64,000 nt of DNA, taken from Sminthopsis crassicaudata. Lineage: Eukaryota. The stretch is taken from assembly GCF_048593235.1 (NCBI RefSeq), contig NC_133617.1, positions 60,597,767-60,661,766 of the forward strand, in the 5' to 3' direction. Position 1 is the stretch's first letter, and each line of letters starts with the position of its first letter. The notes under the pieces are model-generated. The model was not told the DNA's origin. It saw nothing but the letters and a program-made list of their open reading frames with translations, and did not search any database. Positions 12,010 through 23,972 of this stretch are shown here, piece after piece. Both the position numbers and the translations under genes were made by a program.

Positions 12010-12520
12010 GCAACAGTTATTCTGAAAAAGACCTGAAGGTGGTAGTGGACTGCAAGCATGAACCAGCATGGTGATCTAGAGGCCAAAAGGCTGTTATGAT
12101 ATTAAGCTGCATTCAGAGAGATGGAGCTCCCGAAGGCTATTACTTACTGTCCAGACTCTGTCTTGCTCTGATCACATCTGTTCAGCTCTAGAAAAGACAT
12201 TAGTTGAGTTGAAGTAGCCAGAATGGGGAGCGGACTGGATTGCATGCTGCATGCATTTAACCTGTAGAAGAGAATGGCCGCTGTTTCCATGTTACACCAA
12301 AGAGAAATAAGGCTTGTTTTCATTGGTTTAAGAGAGAAAATCCAGGAATAATGATGGGTGGAGATTGCAAAGAGGCAAACTGAAGCTTGATATCTTTAAA
12401 TTTTTTTTTCTAATGATTAGAGCTATTTATAAATGGAATTATTCTCCTGGGTTAGGTAATAGGTTTTTCTTCTCTGAAAGTCTTCAGGCAAAGGCCGGAT
12501 AACCGTTTATTAAGTGCTGA
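12010..12520 (+). mobile_element. L3/CR1 LINE fragment
   Basis: gaaaaagacct...gtggactgcaagc...ccagca; ctgaaagtcttcagg...ggat CR1-like motifs. Confidence 0.5.
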
Positions 12521-13643
12521 GTTGTAATGCATAGGAGTAGACTTTGGAAGAGAGTAGGGAGGACCTATGTGATTAGATTGAATTATAATAATACAGCTGG
12601 AAAGGTATTAGGGGTGTCATATGGTGGAGATCCTTGAAGGAGAGGCTAAAGGGTTTGGATCTTGTGCTAGATCCAAGAGAGACCAGAGTCCCACCGAAGT
12701 AGGGCATTTATTAAGCACTTATTACATGCCAGGCTCTGTGCTGAGTGTGAGGATTCAAATATGAGTCAATAGGAAGATAATCCCTGACCTTTGAGGAATT
12801 CTAATAGGGGAAGACAGTACACAAAAAGGAGCTAAAAAATTGAGGAGAACGATGTCAGTGCGGAAAGTCAGAAGCAGAGCCATGAGGAGAATAAGGGTGG
12901 GCAGGTCTGTGTCCCTCCTCCAGATGGAGGCCCAGTGGGAGAAGGGGGCAGTGAGATAGTCCAGGGCAAGAAGGCTGGAGTGGGGGATGGGTGGGAGGGA
13001 AAGTCACATGGTCAGTTAATGGAAGATGCTGGACAAGAACTAGATCCTCTGACTCTTAGTCCAAAGTTAGTTTCTATCAGAGCCCTGCTCTTGCAGCACA
13101 GGCACTGTGGTTTTTTTTTGCATCTTTTGGGCAAATCAGGTTACCTCTATGAGAGCCAGATTTTTCATCTGTAAATTAGAAATTCTACTTACTTCATTGT
13201 GTTATAAGGAAAGCCCTTTGCAAGCCCTAAATCATTCCATGAATGTTGACTTCCACTCCCCATATCTCCCCCTTCCATCTTGGAGTAGCTCATGGGCTCT
13301 CGGGAAGGGGAGAAAGATGGGTCAGGGCAAGGAGTGGTCAAGTGATGGGGGACAGTCTTTTCCTGGAATGCTTTGCACTGCATAGCCTCTGAGTTCTGTT
13401 CCAGTTCTAAAATTCAGTGATTCTGCGGCCTGGTTGAGTTAATAGCACTGTAAGGACCAGAATTTCAAAATACTTTAAAAGACCGAAAATGGGGATGGAT
13501 CTTCAGGCCCTCCCGGGTTACAAAGAGCACGTGTGAATTGCTCTGCCAATTTTATTTTTTTAATTTTTTTTTTTATATAAATGCTGGCTGTTGTTACTGT
13601 TGTTGTCCGTGCTGGAATGATCATCTGCATGTTCTCTGCTCAG

Positions 13644-13762
13644 AGCCCCTGCCTGTGATTCAACGCATCCCCGAGGCCCCCACTGCCGACGTTCCCGTCT
13701 GGGACATCAGCAGCTTCACCCTCCTGGACGGAAAACTGCTACTTCTGGGGAAAGAGGAGGAG
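13644..13762 (+). CDS. RASAL3: RASAL3 exon 3 (EPLPVIQRIPEAPTADVPVWDISSFTLLDGKLLLLGKEEE)
   Basis: cag|...|GTAAA; 119 nt, phase 1 to 0; near-identical to the recalled human IPEAPTPNVPVWDIGGFTLLDGKL. Confidence 0.95.
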
Positions 13763-13913
13763 GTAAAGGGGAACATGGGGAGGGGAAATAAACGGGAGGG
13801 GGAGGGGAGGCAGAGGAAGGGGAAGGAGAGATAAAAGGAGAGGTTGGGAACGGAGGGGTGATGGGTGAAGGGAATGCAGAAGGAATGAGAGGAGTTTGTC
13901 CATCTGTAAATAG

Positions 13914-13998
13914 GCTGCAGGGAGACACCTTCCCAGGGCTGGGAGTGTGGGCTCTGAGGGCAGCGTGCAGCTGATAGCCGGAGGGGCCAAGGAGCCAG
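13914..13998 (+). CDS. RASAL3: RASAL3 exon 4 (AAGRHLPRAGSVGSEGSVQLIAGGAKEP)
   Basis: aaatag|...|GTGAG; 85 nt, phase 0 to 1; aligns to human GSASSEGSIHV. Acceptor chosen by phase. Confidence 0.8.
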
Positions 13999-14185
13999 GT
14001 GAGCTGTGCTGGGAGGGAGGGACGGCTAAGACCTATCGGTCCCAACCTGGCTCGTGGTGGGGTGAGAAAAGGAGGCCGGGGTGGGCCGCAGGGGGGGCAG
14101 ATGACAGATGCACCCCAGCCCAAGGGAACCTGAGGTTGTCAGGGCCCATCTTCCTCCAAGCTTGCAGTCGTCCTTCCCTTTACAG

Positions 14186-14241
14186 AGCAGAGAAGAGGCG
14201 AGTCGGAGGCCGCCAGCACCAACCAAGGCCACAACGTGAGG
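14186..14241 (+). CDS. RASAL3: RASAL3 exon 5 (EQRRGESEAASTNQGHNVR)
   Basis: tacag|...|GTGAG; 56 nt, phase 1 to 0; ends HNVR as in human. Confidence 0.85.
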
Positions 14242-14334
14242 GTGAGCCTCCGATGCGGGAGTGGGTGGGGGGAGACCCCAGGGCACCCTACAACTCAAGC
14301 CCTGACCTCTCTCCCTGTTAACCTGCAATCCCAG

Positions 14335-14396
14335 GGTTTGCTGTGGAAGAGACTCAAGGAGAAGAAGAAAGGGAAAGCTGGAAGCACTGGAACAGG
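14335..14396 (+). CDS. RASAL3: RASAL3 exon 6 (GLLWKRLKEKKKGKAGSTGT)
   Basis: cccag|...|GTAAG; 62 nt, phase 0 to 2. Confidence 0.9.
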
Positions 14397-14944
14397 GTAA
14401 GGAGCACATGGGGCCCTGAACTCGAAGTCGGCACATCTGCCTTTCAGGCCTCATCTTCGGAGCTGTGGCTCTGGGCAAAAATGGTTGTTCCAGCCTCAGT
14501 TTCCTCATCTGTAAAATGGGAACACCCGTGCTTGCACAGCTCACCTCACAGAGTTAACATTCACCCAAAGAAATATGAGATAGGACTCTGATGAAGTCAG
14601 GTGGGAAAGCAGGCGAAGGGATACCGAGAACGCTGAGCATTGTGTGCCCACAATCTCAGACCACTAGGTCTGAAATATTCTCAGCTCAGTGGTTGGCAGA
14701 GATGGGAGTGACGGAGACCCCAGGGTACCAAAAGCCTGTTGTTAAAGCTGCTGGAGGCCTGAAAGTGGTGTTAATGACTCCCTAAGTTCAAATCCCGGCA
14801 AAGCCTGGTACCCCATCCTAGTGGCTCCTCCCTTCTCAGTCAGTCCAACCTCCCAAAGTCAGTGATCGCTATACTACAAGCAGAGTCAGTCAGTCAGTCA
14901 GTCAGTAAGCAATTATTCAGTATTTCTGACGTCCCAGAACACCT

Positions 14945-15355
14945 CAGTGCACCCACTTGTACAATGGGGATGTTGCAAAGATATGATAATATATGTCAAG
15001 ATTGCTTTTTCCATTTGTGACCCCTGTTTGTCTGAAAAATTTTTACTGACTGTGGATATGTCGGTATATAAAATAGGTATACAAATCAAATATTTGCTGA
15101 TAATTAATCATGAAGAAATTAATGCTAAAACAAATCTTTGCTATACATAAAATTTTACCATTTATTAAAGATGAAAGCAAATTTACATACTAATGAGATG
15201 GGTGTGCTTGTTAAGAATTAAATCTTGGCGGAATATTTGATACTACAGGAAGCAGAGCATTCGGAAACATTTTTACTGTTGCCAAATTTTTTTGCAACCC
15301 CCTACATTCGGTGTGACCCCATGTGAGGTCAAAATCCTCAGGTTAAGAAACTTTG
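14945..15355. mobile_element. Degenerate hAT/Charlie-like DNA transposon fragment
   Basis: AT-rich body ending gtgaccccatgtgaggtc...caggttaagaaac, typical of Charlie-type ends. Confidence 0.4.
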
Positions 15356-15727
15356 ATATATGTGAAGTTTTTGTTCAATTGTGTCTAACTCTTCTTGGGG
15401 TTTTCTTGACAAAGATATTGGAGTGGTTTATTATTTCCTTCTCCTGTTCATTTTACAGAAGAGGAAAGAGGCAAACAAGGTAGTAAGTGAAGCTGGATTT
15501 TAACTCAGATCTACCTGATTCCAGGCCTGGCAATCTATCCGCTGTACCACCTGGCTGCCCAGTAAATCTTAAAGAGCTATATAAATATGAGCTGCAATTG
15601 TAATAATAATAATGATGATTATAAGTCTAAAGGGTTCTCTCAATGGAAGGCAGCTATGCTGAGGATAAGTGGAGTGGCCCAGGAAGACTATTGTCCCCTT
15701 CAATGTCACATCCCACTCCTTTACCAG

Positions 15728-15863
15728 GTCTTCCAGTGCCCGGGGCTCCCAAGAATCCCTTGTAAATGAAGGTTCCATCAAAGAGCTGGACCTGAGCAGT
15801 GAGCGAAACGTCCAAGTCTGGCCTCTGCACCCCAGCCTCCTCGGAGAACCCTACTGCTTTCAG
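15728..15863 (+). CDS. RASAL3: RASAL3 exon 7, PH domain (GSQESL...ELDLSSERNVQVWPLHPSLLGEPYCFQ)
   Basis: accag|...|GTATG; 136 nt, phase 2 to 0. Confidence 0.95.
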
Positions 15864-16012
15864 GTATGAGAAAAAAGGGGCCATACGGGCATAAATGGTC
15901 CCACCCTCCACCCACGGATTGTCCTGCTTTAAGTCTATGCCCACCCCTTGTATCCCTGCATTATGTATCCCTTCCACTTCCCTTCTGAAGGGCCTGCCTC
16001 CCCTCCTCACAG

Positions 16013-16111
16013 GTAACTTGGCCCAGCGGCAGCCGATGTTTCTCCTGCGGCTCGGCGGCTGAGCGGGATCGATGGATTGAGGATCTGCGCCAGAGCCTAC
16101 AACCCCACCAG
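16013..16111 (+). CDS. RASAL3: RASAL3 exon 8, PH domain (VTWPSGSRCFSCGSAAERDRWIEDLRQSLQPHQ)
   Basis: cacag|...|GTCAG; 99 nt, phase 0. Confidence 0.95.
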
Positions 16112-16239
16112 GTCAGCACTTGGGAAGCCCACCTGGTGTCGGTTCAGACTTGGATAGCCAGCCCAAACCCCAAATTCAGGACAGGCTTAGGGAGCCAGTC
16201 TGTCAGGGAAAATACTAACTTGAGTGCTGAGGTTTTGAA

Positions 16240-16830
16240 ATCAGAAAAAAATCAGAACCACAGGATGCTGGAAGGGACAGCAGAACACAGAATGTCAGAC
16301 ACGAGAGGGTTCTTGGAACAAACCGTCAAAGCCGGCAGGCCCTTCGAACATACGATGTCATAGGTGGGAGGGCGCTTAATATAGCAGAACTTGGAGGACC
16401 TTTAGAACCCAGAATATCAGAGCTAAGAGGGGCTTTAGAACAGGGAATGTCCGAGCTGGAAGGAGACTTAGAACACCGAATCTAAAGTGTCTTTAGAACA
16501 AACTCAAAGCCGGAAGGCCCTTGAGCACACACAGTGTCATAAGTAGAAGGGCCCAGGAAGTCAGATGTGGGAAGAACCTCAGAACATAGTATATCAGAGC
16601 TAAGAGGGGCTTTAGAACAGGGAATGTCCGAGCTGGAAGGAGACTTAGAGCAGAGAACGTCAGAGTTGGGAAGGCCCGTGACACAGGATGTAAGAGTTGG
16701 GAGGGGCCTGGGGATACAGAAGGCCAGATTTGGGAGGATGCTCAGAACTGAGGAAGCCTTTAGCACACAGATTGTCAGAACTAGAAGGACGTTTAGAACA
16801 AATTGTCAGAGCTGAGGGAATGTTCGCATT
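16240..16830 (+). repeat. Degenerate ~32-bp minisatellite (consensus about AGAATGTCAGAGCTGGGAGGGACCTTAGAACA)
   Basis: Recurring ttagaac...gaatgtcagagct at about 32-bp spacing; an identical 59-bp block at 16414-16472 and 16591-16649. Confidence 0.85.
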
Positions 16831-16926
16831 CCTGGCAGCTCATCTAGTAAAGGAGCCAGGCCTTTAGTGGGCACCTAAAACAACACTAGACTCAATGGAG
16901 GATTGTCTTTTAAAATATGTTCTGAG

Positions 16927-17068
16927 GGGGCAGCTAGGAGGCGCAGTGGAGAGAGCACTAGCCTTGAAGTCAGGAGGACCCAAGTTCAAATCTGGTCTCA
17001 GACACTTAACACTTCCTAGCTGTGTGACCCTGGCCAAGTCACTTAACCCCAGTTGCCTCAGCAAATAT
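16927..17068 (+). mobile_element. Young full-length WSINE1-type SINE
   Basis: Complete head-to-tail SINE with a 12-bp TSD ATATGTTCTGAG at 16915-16926 and 17069-17080. Confidence 0.85.
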
Positions 17069-17331
17069 ATATGTTCTGAGGCAATCACCTAACCTGGACA
17101 TCTCCAGGAATGGGGAGCTCACCCCACTGGGAACTCTCCAGGAATGGGGAGTTCATACTATTATTATTATTATATACTATTGTTAATGACCAATGCTTAT
17201 TGAAGGAAGTTTTCCCCAGTAACTGCTCCCTGCCCCTTGCCGCCATTGTTCCTAGCCCTCCATCGCAAGTCCCCTCTGCCATCTCACTCTCAGCCCTAGC
17301 TCTACAACTGTCCTTTCTCTTCTTTCTCCAG

Positions 17332-17844
17332 GAAAGCCAAGAAAGGGAAGAGACCTGGCTGAGCGTGTGGGTCCACGAGGCCAAGGGGCTCCCACAGGGT
17401 AGCTCTGTAGGCCTTCGGGTAGAGCTGTGGTTGGATGGGGCCTTGTTGGCCCGCACAGCCGCCCGGCCGGGGCCTCACTTCTGGGCCGAACGCTTCCACT
17501 TTGAAGCTCTGCCCCCTGCCCGCCATCTTTCCCTTCGCTTGCGCCAGGCAGACCGGGACTTGGGCAACATATCACTGGCACTAACTGAGCTGGGACCCAT
17601 GGGAGGGGGCCTGGAGCGGTGGTTCCCTCTGGAAGGAGGACCTCCGGGCGCAGCCTTGAGGGCACGGGTTCGAGCACGCTGTCTGCGGATACTACCCACT
17701 GAGCGCTACAAGGAGCTGGCAGAGTTCCTCACCTTTCACTACCCAGAGCTGTGCCATGCCCTGGAGCCCCAGCTGCCTGCCCAGGCCAAGGAAGAGTTAG
17801 CAGCCACCATGGTCCGTGTGCTGCATGGCACAGGAAAAGCCCAG
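17332..17844 (+). CDS. RASAL3: RASAL3 exon 9, C2 domain and start of the RasGAP region (ESQEREETWLSVWVHEAKG...GKAQ)
   Basis: ctccag|...|GTAGG; 513 nt, phase 0. Confidence 0.97.
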
Positions 17845-18399
17845 GTAGGAGAGGGAGCACTGAAGGGGAAGTGACTGGGGAGAGGACTGCCTGCAAGCTT
17901 CCTTTTTTAACTATTTATTCTTGCTAACTAGATATTGATTTCAGTTGTTTCCATAGTACTGGAGGCCCCCCAAGCTGGTGACAGTCGCTATTGAAATTCA
18001 ATCACCTGGACAAAGCTCTATTACCCTACCCTAGTCAGTTCTGTCCCAATCCCTCTTTTTCCCCCTTCTCCATGGTAAGTCAGTGCAGTCTTCCAAAGGG
18101 CAAGAATATATTCTCTACTACAGCAACACACAAACTATTAACAAGCCAGACGAATAAAGGGATGTGGGGCAGCTGTTGGTGGATTGCTTTGGTTTGGAGC
18201 TTGCATCCAGCTGTAGGATAATGAATGGCTCCTGCTGGATTCAAATCCTGTCTCAGATATATACTGGCTTTGTGAGCCTGTACAAGTCACTTAATCTCCC
18301 TGAGCCTGAGTTTCTCCAGTTGTAAAACAGTGATGATAGCAAATTTTAGTTCAGTTTTGGAATATTGGTCACAGAGGATTAGACCTAGAAGGAACCTTC

Positions 18400-20240
18400 C
18401 AAACTCTCTTTTGTGACACTGAGAAGGACCTTTTTTCATATTTTACTGCAAGATCTCCCTCTTCTCCGTATTTCACAGGTTTTTGATGTATTCCCCCAAT
18501 TTATCTTTCTTTACTTCAATTTTTGATTGAGACGTCCCTTCTTCTAGCTAATATTGTCTCCTCTATCTGTATCTGTCTTCTCCAGTAAATTACCTGCCTA
18601 ATCGCCCTCTCTCCCTTATCTTCAGACTTTCCCCTTCTCCTAGGTCTTTTCCCATTGCCTGCAAACATATGCAAATCTCTTCTATTCTTAAAAATCCCTC
18701 TCTGATCCCTCAAGCTACCACACTATGTTTTTCTTTCCTTCCTCGGGTCAAATTTTCTCTCCTCTCACTCTTCTCAAACCTTTGCTTTCTGGTTTCTAAT
18801 TTCATTCCTCAACAGAAACTACTTTCTCCAAAGTTACCGGTGATCTCTAGTCAAATTTGGTGGCCTTTTTTCAATTTTTACTCTTGACATCTCTGAATCA
18901 TTTCATGTTGCCCAGCTTCTTCTCTTTTTTTGGTGAGGCAGTCAGGGTTAAGTGACTTGCCCAAGATCACACAGAAGTTTTTGACACTTGAACTCAATCC
19001 TCCTGATTCCAAGACCCCTGCTCCATCCATTGTTCCACCCAGCTGCCTCTCCTCTCTGGATTTTTTTTTTTAATGAAACTGCTATCCTTAATTCACTTCC
19101 TACTTGTCTGTCAGTTCTTCTCAGTATCCTTTGCTAGCTCATCATCCATAGCCCATCCTTTAACTATGATAGTAACCTACCGTCCTGCTCAAGCCTTCAT
19201 CTACTCTCTCCCAACAGTCTATCTTCGGGATCTCATCAACTTCCATAGGTTTAATTATCATCTCTATGCTTGTGAGTCTTATATCTATATATCCAGACTC
19301 TCTCCTGATCTTCAGTCCTACAGGATATGTCTATTAGACATTCAAACTGGATATCTCAAATTCAACATGTCTAAAACTGAACCTATTATTTTTTCCCTCT
19401 TCCAAAACTTCCTGTACAGACAAGGGCAGATACCACCATTCTTCCAATTTTTCAATTTCAATACCTCAAGGTCATCCTTACTTCTCATTCACCCAGCATA
19501 ACCAGTTGCCAAATCTTGTTGGTCCTATGTCCACAATATCTCTCACTTCTCACTTTCACTCCTTTTCTCTAGTCTCATTGAAATCACATTAATTAAAGTC
19601 TTAATCACCTTAGTCCCAGGCTGCTGCTATATTTTCCTAATTGGTCTTCCTGCTTCAAGTCTTTTCCCATTACAATCCACAATCCACAGGACTGCCAATG
19701 TAATTTTCCTAAAGCACATGTCTGACCATTTCTTTCCCTAGGGAGCACTTGAGTGCTCCCTATTGCCTTTAGAATTAAATATAAATGCCTCTATTTTGCT
19801 TTTAAAGCCCTCTGCAAGCTGGTACCATCCTACCTTTCCAGCCTAATTGCACATTACTCCCTTTCATGCACACTATAGCCAAATTAGCCTTCTTCCTGTT
19901 CTTCACACATGGTACTCCATCTCTTTTCCACTTACTCTACTCCATGCTGGGTATGCTCATCCTTCTCATTCCTGCTTCTTAGAATCCCTACCTTTCTTCA
20001 GGTCTCAGTCTGAGGACCAACTTACTTAATCATGAGCTTTTCCTGATACCCTAGTTACCGATTCCTTTATATGTACATGTTGTCTCCTTAGATAGATTTC
20101 TGATGAAGTTGATGGCCCCTAGGATAGATGAGATTCTGGGAAAATGTATGGCTGGAACTGTTAGACTTTTGTCATTGTATTTCCAACACCCAGCACAGTA
20201 CCTGGTATATAGTAGGAACTCAATAAATTCAAGCAAATTA
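18400..20240 (+). mobile_element. L2 LINE 3' segment (with a SINE inserted at about 18920-19050)
   Basis: L2-like pyrimidine-rich body (tcaaattcaacatgtctaaaactgaa) ending ccagcacagtacctgg...tagtaggaactcaataaat. Confidence 0.7.
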
Positions 20241-20739
20241 ATTGACATAAACTGTCACAGCTAAAAGAAGTCTTAAAGAATCAAGCAAGCATTTTTGGAG
20301 TCCGTCCTGTGCTTGAGGGGATAGTCTCTGGAGTTCCAAAGGCAAAAATGATATATTTCCTGCTCCGAAGGAGCTTCCATTCTAAAAAGGGCAACAAGCA
20401 CAAAATAAATACCAAACAATTAATAGGAGAGGAACCTGTTTCTGGCAGGATCAGGAAAGACTTTATATACACAGTGGTATTTCAACTGGATCTTGAAGAA
20501 AATTAGAGATTATATAAAGAGGGGAAGGTGCTACAGGCATGGGGCTGGGGAGGAAGATGGGAAATGGAATGTCATGGAATTCAGTTTGGGGCTGATGGGG
20601 AAGGCAGGATAGGGATGAAAGGCCTGGCTTTTTAAGGATGGTCTCCTGGAACCCAATGTACCTAAGGAGGAACCATTGCCCTGGGAGATAGGGACATCCC
20701 TAGCTAGGTTCTAAGGTCACAGACCACATTTCTGGTCAG

Positions 20740-20884
20740 GCACTAGTGACAGACCTTGGCCTGGAAGAGCTGGCCCACTGTGGAGGGAAAGAAGCATTGC
20801 TGTTCCGAGAAAACACACTGGCCACGAAGGCCATCGATGAGTACATGAAGCTGGTGGGTCAGAGCTACCTGCAGGAAACACTAG
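20740..20884 (+). CDS. RASAL3: RASAL3 exon 10, RasGAP arginine-finger region ([21 protein letters not shown])
   Basis: gtcag|...|GTAAG; 145 nt, phase 0 to 1. Confidence 0.97.
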
Positions 20885-21029
20885 GTAAGGGGTTGGAAAG
20901 GAGAGCGGGAGCTGTGGAGCAGCTTCCGGGGACCTTGGGGAGGAGGGAGGTGTGGGATAATAGGAGGAGAGATCTGGAAGAAAGGAGTCTGGACTCCTCC
21001 TGTCCTCCCCACCCTATGTCCGGCCACAG

Positions 21030-21174
21030 GAGGAACCGTGGGACGTCTCTGCGCCTCTGAAGACGACTGTGAAGTAGATCCCAGCAAGTGCCGTGGGCCG
21101 GCCTTAGCCCAGCACCAGGTCGCCCTGAGGCAAAGCTGTGAGGATGTCTTCCTCAGCATCACCCGCTCCTCCGA
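21030..21174 (+). CDS. RASAL3: RASAL3 exon 11 ([16 protein letters not shown])
   Basis: cacag|...|GTGAG; 145 nt, phase 1 to 2. Confidence 0.95.
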
Positions 21175-21511
21175 GTGAGCCCGGGCCCTAAATCCTGCCA
21201 CTTGTCCCCCAGGGACAGGGCTGGTCTAGCTTGTTCCCTTGACTCCCCTCTCAGCACATTCATGGCCAATCTGGGTATTTCCTCCGCCAGAATTTGCTCT
21301 TATCCTCTCCTCTAGTGATCTCTGAGTGCGATTCCCTTATCCCTTGCTCTCTTTCAGGTCTCTCTGCCTCTTACCTTTTCCTGGCTCCTGTTTCTCTTCC
21401 ACACAGTTCCCTTTCCGCTTCAGATTCCGCTGCATCCCTCTAGACCCTAACTCCTTTTCTTGATAGAGTTTACTTTAACCCCGTGACCTGTTGTTCCTCT
21501 TGACCCCATAG

Positions 21512-21748
21512 TTGGTTCCCGGCTGAGCTGAATGCTGTGTTCTCCAGCTGGTGGGCAGCATGCCAGGAGCGGGGAGCTGAGCCCCTGGGGGAGAGGCTGG
21601 TTTGTGCCTCACTCTTTCTAAGATTCCTGTGTCCAGCCATCATGTCACCAAGCCTCTTCGGCCTTGCCCACGAGTACCCAGGCCCCGGCCTGGCTCGAAC
21701 CCTTACCCTCATTGCCAAAGTCATTCAGAACCTTGCCAACCGAGCTCC
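21512..21748 (+). CDS. RASAL3: RASAL3 exon 12, RasGAP FLR motif ([18 protein letters not shown]...AKVIQNLAN)
   Basis: catag|...|GTAAGT; 237 nt, phase 2. Confidence 0.97.
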
Positions 21749-22156
21749 GTAAGTCAATAGTCAAGTTTTTATTAGGCAATTGCTATGTACCAGGCATTGT
21801 GCTGAGTGCCAGGAGTAGAAAGACAGGCCAAAAAAAAAACCAAAACAAAAACAAAGACCCTGCCCTAAAGAAACTCTCATTCTAATGGAGGATCCAGCAT
21901 CTAAATAACAAGGTCCACGCAAGATAGGGTAGATGAAGATAATCCCAGAAGGGCCAGCAATAGAGGCTGTGGAGGGGTGAGGGGTTGGAAAAGGTCTGCT
22001 GCAAAGAAAAACCAAAAAGGAGAGGGGAGGAGGAAGGACGGCATTCCTTGGAGGACAGCCAAGACTAAAGTATGGAGACGGAAGGAGTGTCATGTTCAAG
22101 GCCTGTGAAGTTTTCCTCCCCATTCCTGTCAGGGAATTCTCTCTTGCTGTCTCCAG

Positions 22157-22358
22157 GTTTGGGGAAAAAGAAGATTACATGAGCTTCATGAATGATTTCT
22201 TGGAGCAACACAGCTCAGCCATGCAGCACTTCCTGGTCCAAGTGGCCTGTGGGGATGGAGACAGGGCCCCGAGGGGCTACCAAGGCAGTGGAGACCTGGC
22301 CAGAGGCCTGGCCATCCTGCATGTTCAGCTCCGCACTATCTTCTCTGATCTGGACCAG
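22157..22358 (+). CDS. RASAL3: RASAL3 exon 13 (FGEKEDYMSFMNDFL...SDLDQ)
   Basis: ctccag|...|GTACC; 202 nt, phase 2 to 0. Confidence 0.95.
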
Positions 22359-22632
22359 GTACCCACCCTCTGCCTCTGGCACCCCGGCCCCACCACTCGG
22401 CCCTGTTATTTCCCCTCAGGGTCTCTTAGGCTCTAGCCCGTGGGTTAATCTAGTCCGGTCCAGAGCCCAGGGCCCCAAACTCAGAGTTTTGAGTCCAGTC
22501 TAGTCCAGAATGTAGAGCTCAGAGCTCAAGCTAACCCAAAGCCCAGCCCGGCCTTCCTGAAACGACCAGGGGCCCAGTGGTAGGGAAGCTGAAAAAGTTG
22601 GCCAGGGCTCCCTAACAGTGCTCTCATGGTAG

Positions 22633-22757
22633 CCCACACAGGAGAGCCTGGAACCATTGCCCACCATACTTCAAGCCATTGAGGAAGGCCGCCCGGTGCC
22701 TGTGTCTGTTAGCATGCGCCCTTGTGCTACCAACATCAGGGCCCAGGTCCACGCAAG
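22633..22757 (+). CDS. RASAL3: RASAL3 exon 14 (PTQESLEPLPTILQAIEEGRPVPVSV)
   Basis: ggtag|...|GTAAC; 125 nt, phase 0 to 2. Confidence 0.9.
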
Positions 22758-23039
22758 GTAACCTGACTGGGGAATGGGAATCATAGAGGGTCTGGTGGAG
22801 GGAGTTTATGACTGGAACTGAAATCGGGAGCAGGGAAAGGGATTAGGTTTCGGATCAGGGTTTGGGTTGGTTTCTGAGTCAAGATTGGGATTGGAATCAA
22901 AGGTGGCGGAAAGAGGTGAATTAGGGATTGGATTTAGGGTGAGAATCCAGCTTGAGTTTAGGTTGGACATATGAGTCAGACTTAGGGGTTGGTTTGCCCT
23001 CTGGATCAGAGCTCGAACCTTCTGTTGGGACGTTTGTAG

Positions 23040-23394
23040 TTTTTCAGAGAAGCCGGGCTTCCTGGCCCCCAGGGACCTCTCCAAGCACAGCCCTCTCATC
23101 TCCAAGAGCCAGTCCCTCAGAAGCATACAGGGCCAGCCTGCAAAGAAACTGCGTCGCCGCATCCAGCGCACCCAAAGCGTCCCTGCCTCGCGGACAGCCA
23201 GTCCCCGCACTTCAGGGCCCTTGTCCCAGGCCAGGCCCAAGGGCTCCCTTCCACGAGGTTCCTCACCACAGGGCCGCTCCAGGCTCGGAGTTTCTGCTTC
23301 CCTGCCTAGGAAGTCCTCTGTACCCTGGCAGCGCTTCCTGGAGAAACCACATGAAGCAGACCATAGCACTTGCACCCACCGACTCCCTGGGAAG
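23040..23394 (+). CDS. RASAL3: RASAL3 exon 15 (EKPGFLAPRDLSKHSPLISKSQSLRS...QRTQSVP...SLPRKSSVPWQR)
   Basis: ttgtag|...|GTAAG; 355 nt, phase 2 to 0. Confidence 0.92.
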
Positions 23395-23512
23395 GTAAGG
23401 ATCCAGCTTGTGACTGCAAATAGCAGACAAGGAGAGGACTCTGGAGGCTGGACCCCTTCTATTCCACCCTCTGGGCTGTCTTCCCTGCAAACGGTCCTTT
23501 CCTCTCTGGCAG

Positions 23513-23676
23513 GGACAGCTGGCAGAGCTTCGGCAAGAGATAGCCTCCCTGTGGGACCAACAGAGAACGCTGGCTGGCCGGCTGGAAGCCCTAGCCAGTG
23601 AGACCCAGGCCCTCGGGGAACAACAGAAGAAGGTACTTGGCCAACTGGAAGAGATTCAAGGCCAGCTTAAGGCTAG
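23513..23676 (+). CDS. RASAL3: RASAL3 exon 16, coiled coil (GQLAELRQEIASL...)
   Basis: ggcag|...|GTGAG; 164 nt, phase 0 to 2. Confidence 0.92.
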
Positions 23677-23896
23677 GTGAGCATCTTTCCTGGTTCCTCC
23701 TCGATCCCCATCTGCCCAGTCTCTGCCCTTCCCATTCCTATCCAAGCACCTGGATACTGGACGGCACCTCCTTCCTACCTGATAATCTGGGGAAGGAGAA
23801 AGTCCTTAATAGCTTATTCCCTCTCCTACTCACCCAACTTCTCCTCCTGGAAACTGGGGAGATTTGGAGGTCTAAAAGGATTATCTCTTGGGGCAG

Positions 23897-23972
23897 GGCC
23901 CAGAAGCTGGATCCTGAACATAGCCCAGACCCCCGGAGCAGGAGCAGTGAAAATGCCAAGCTGGAGAGTTTG
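23897..23972 (+). CDS. RASAL3: RASAL3 exon 17 (AQKLDPEHSPDPRSRSSENAKLESL)
   Basis: ggcag|...|GTAAGT; 76 nt, phase 2 to 0. Confidence 0.85.

Noticed and set aside
16240-16830. CRISPR-like appearance of the ~32-bp periodic arrays
   Set aside because: Mammalian context, degenerate head-to-tail units without unique spacers, no cas genes.
16927-17000. tRNA gene
   Set aside because: It is the tRNA-derived head of a SINE with a tail and TSD; no cloverleaf.
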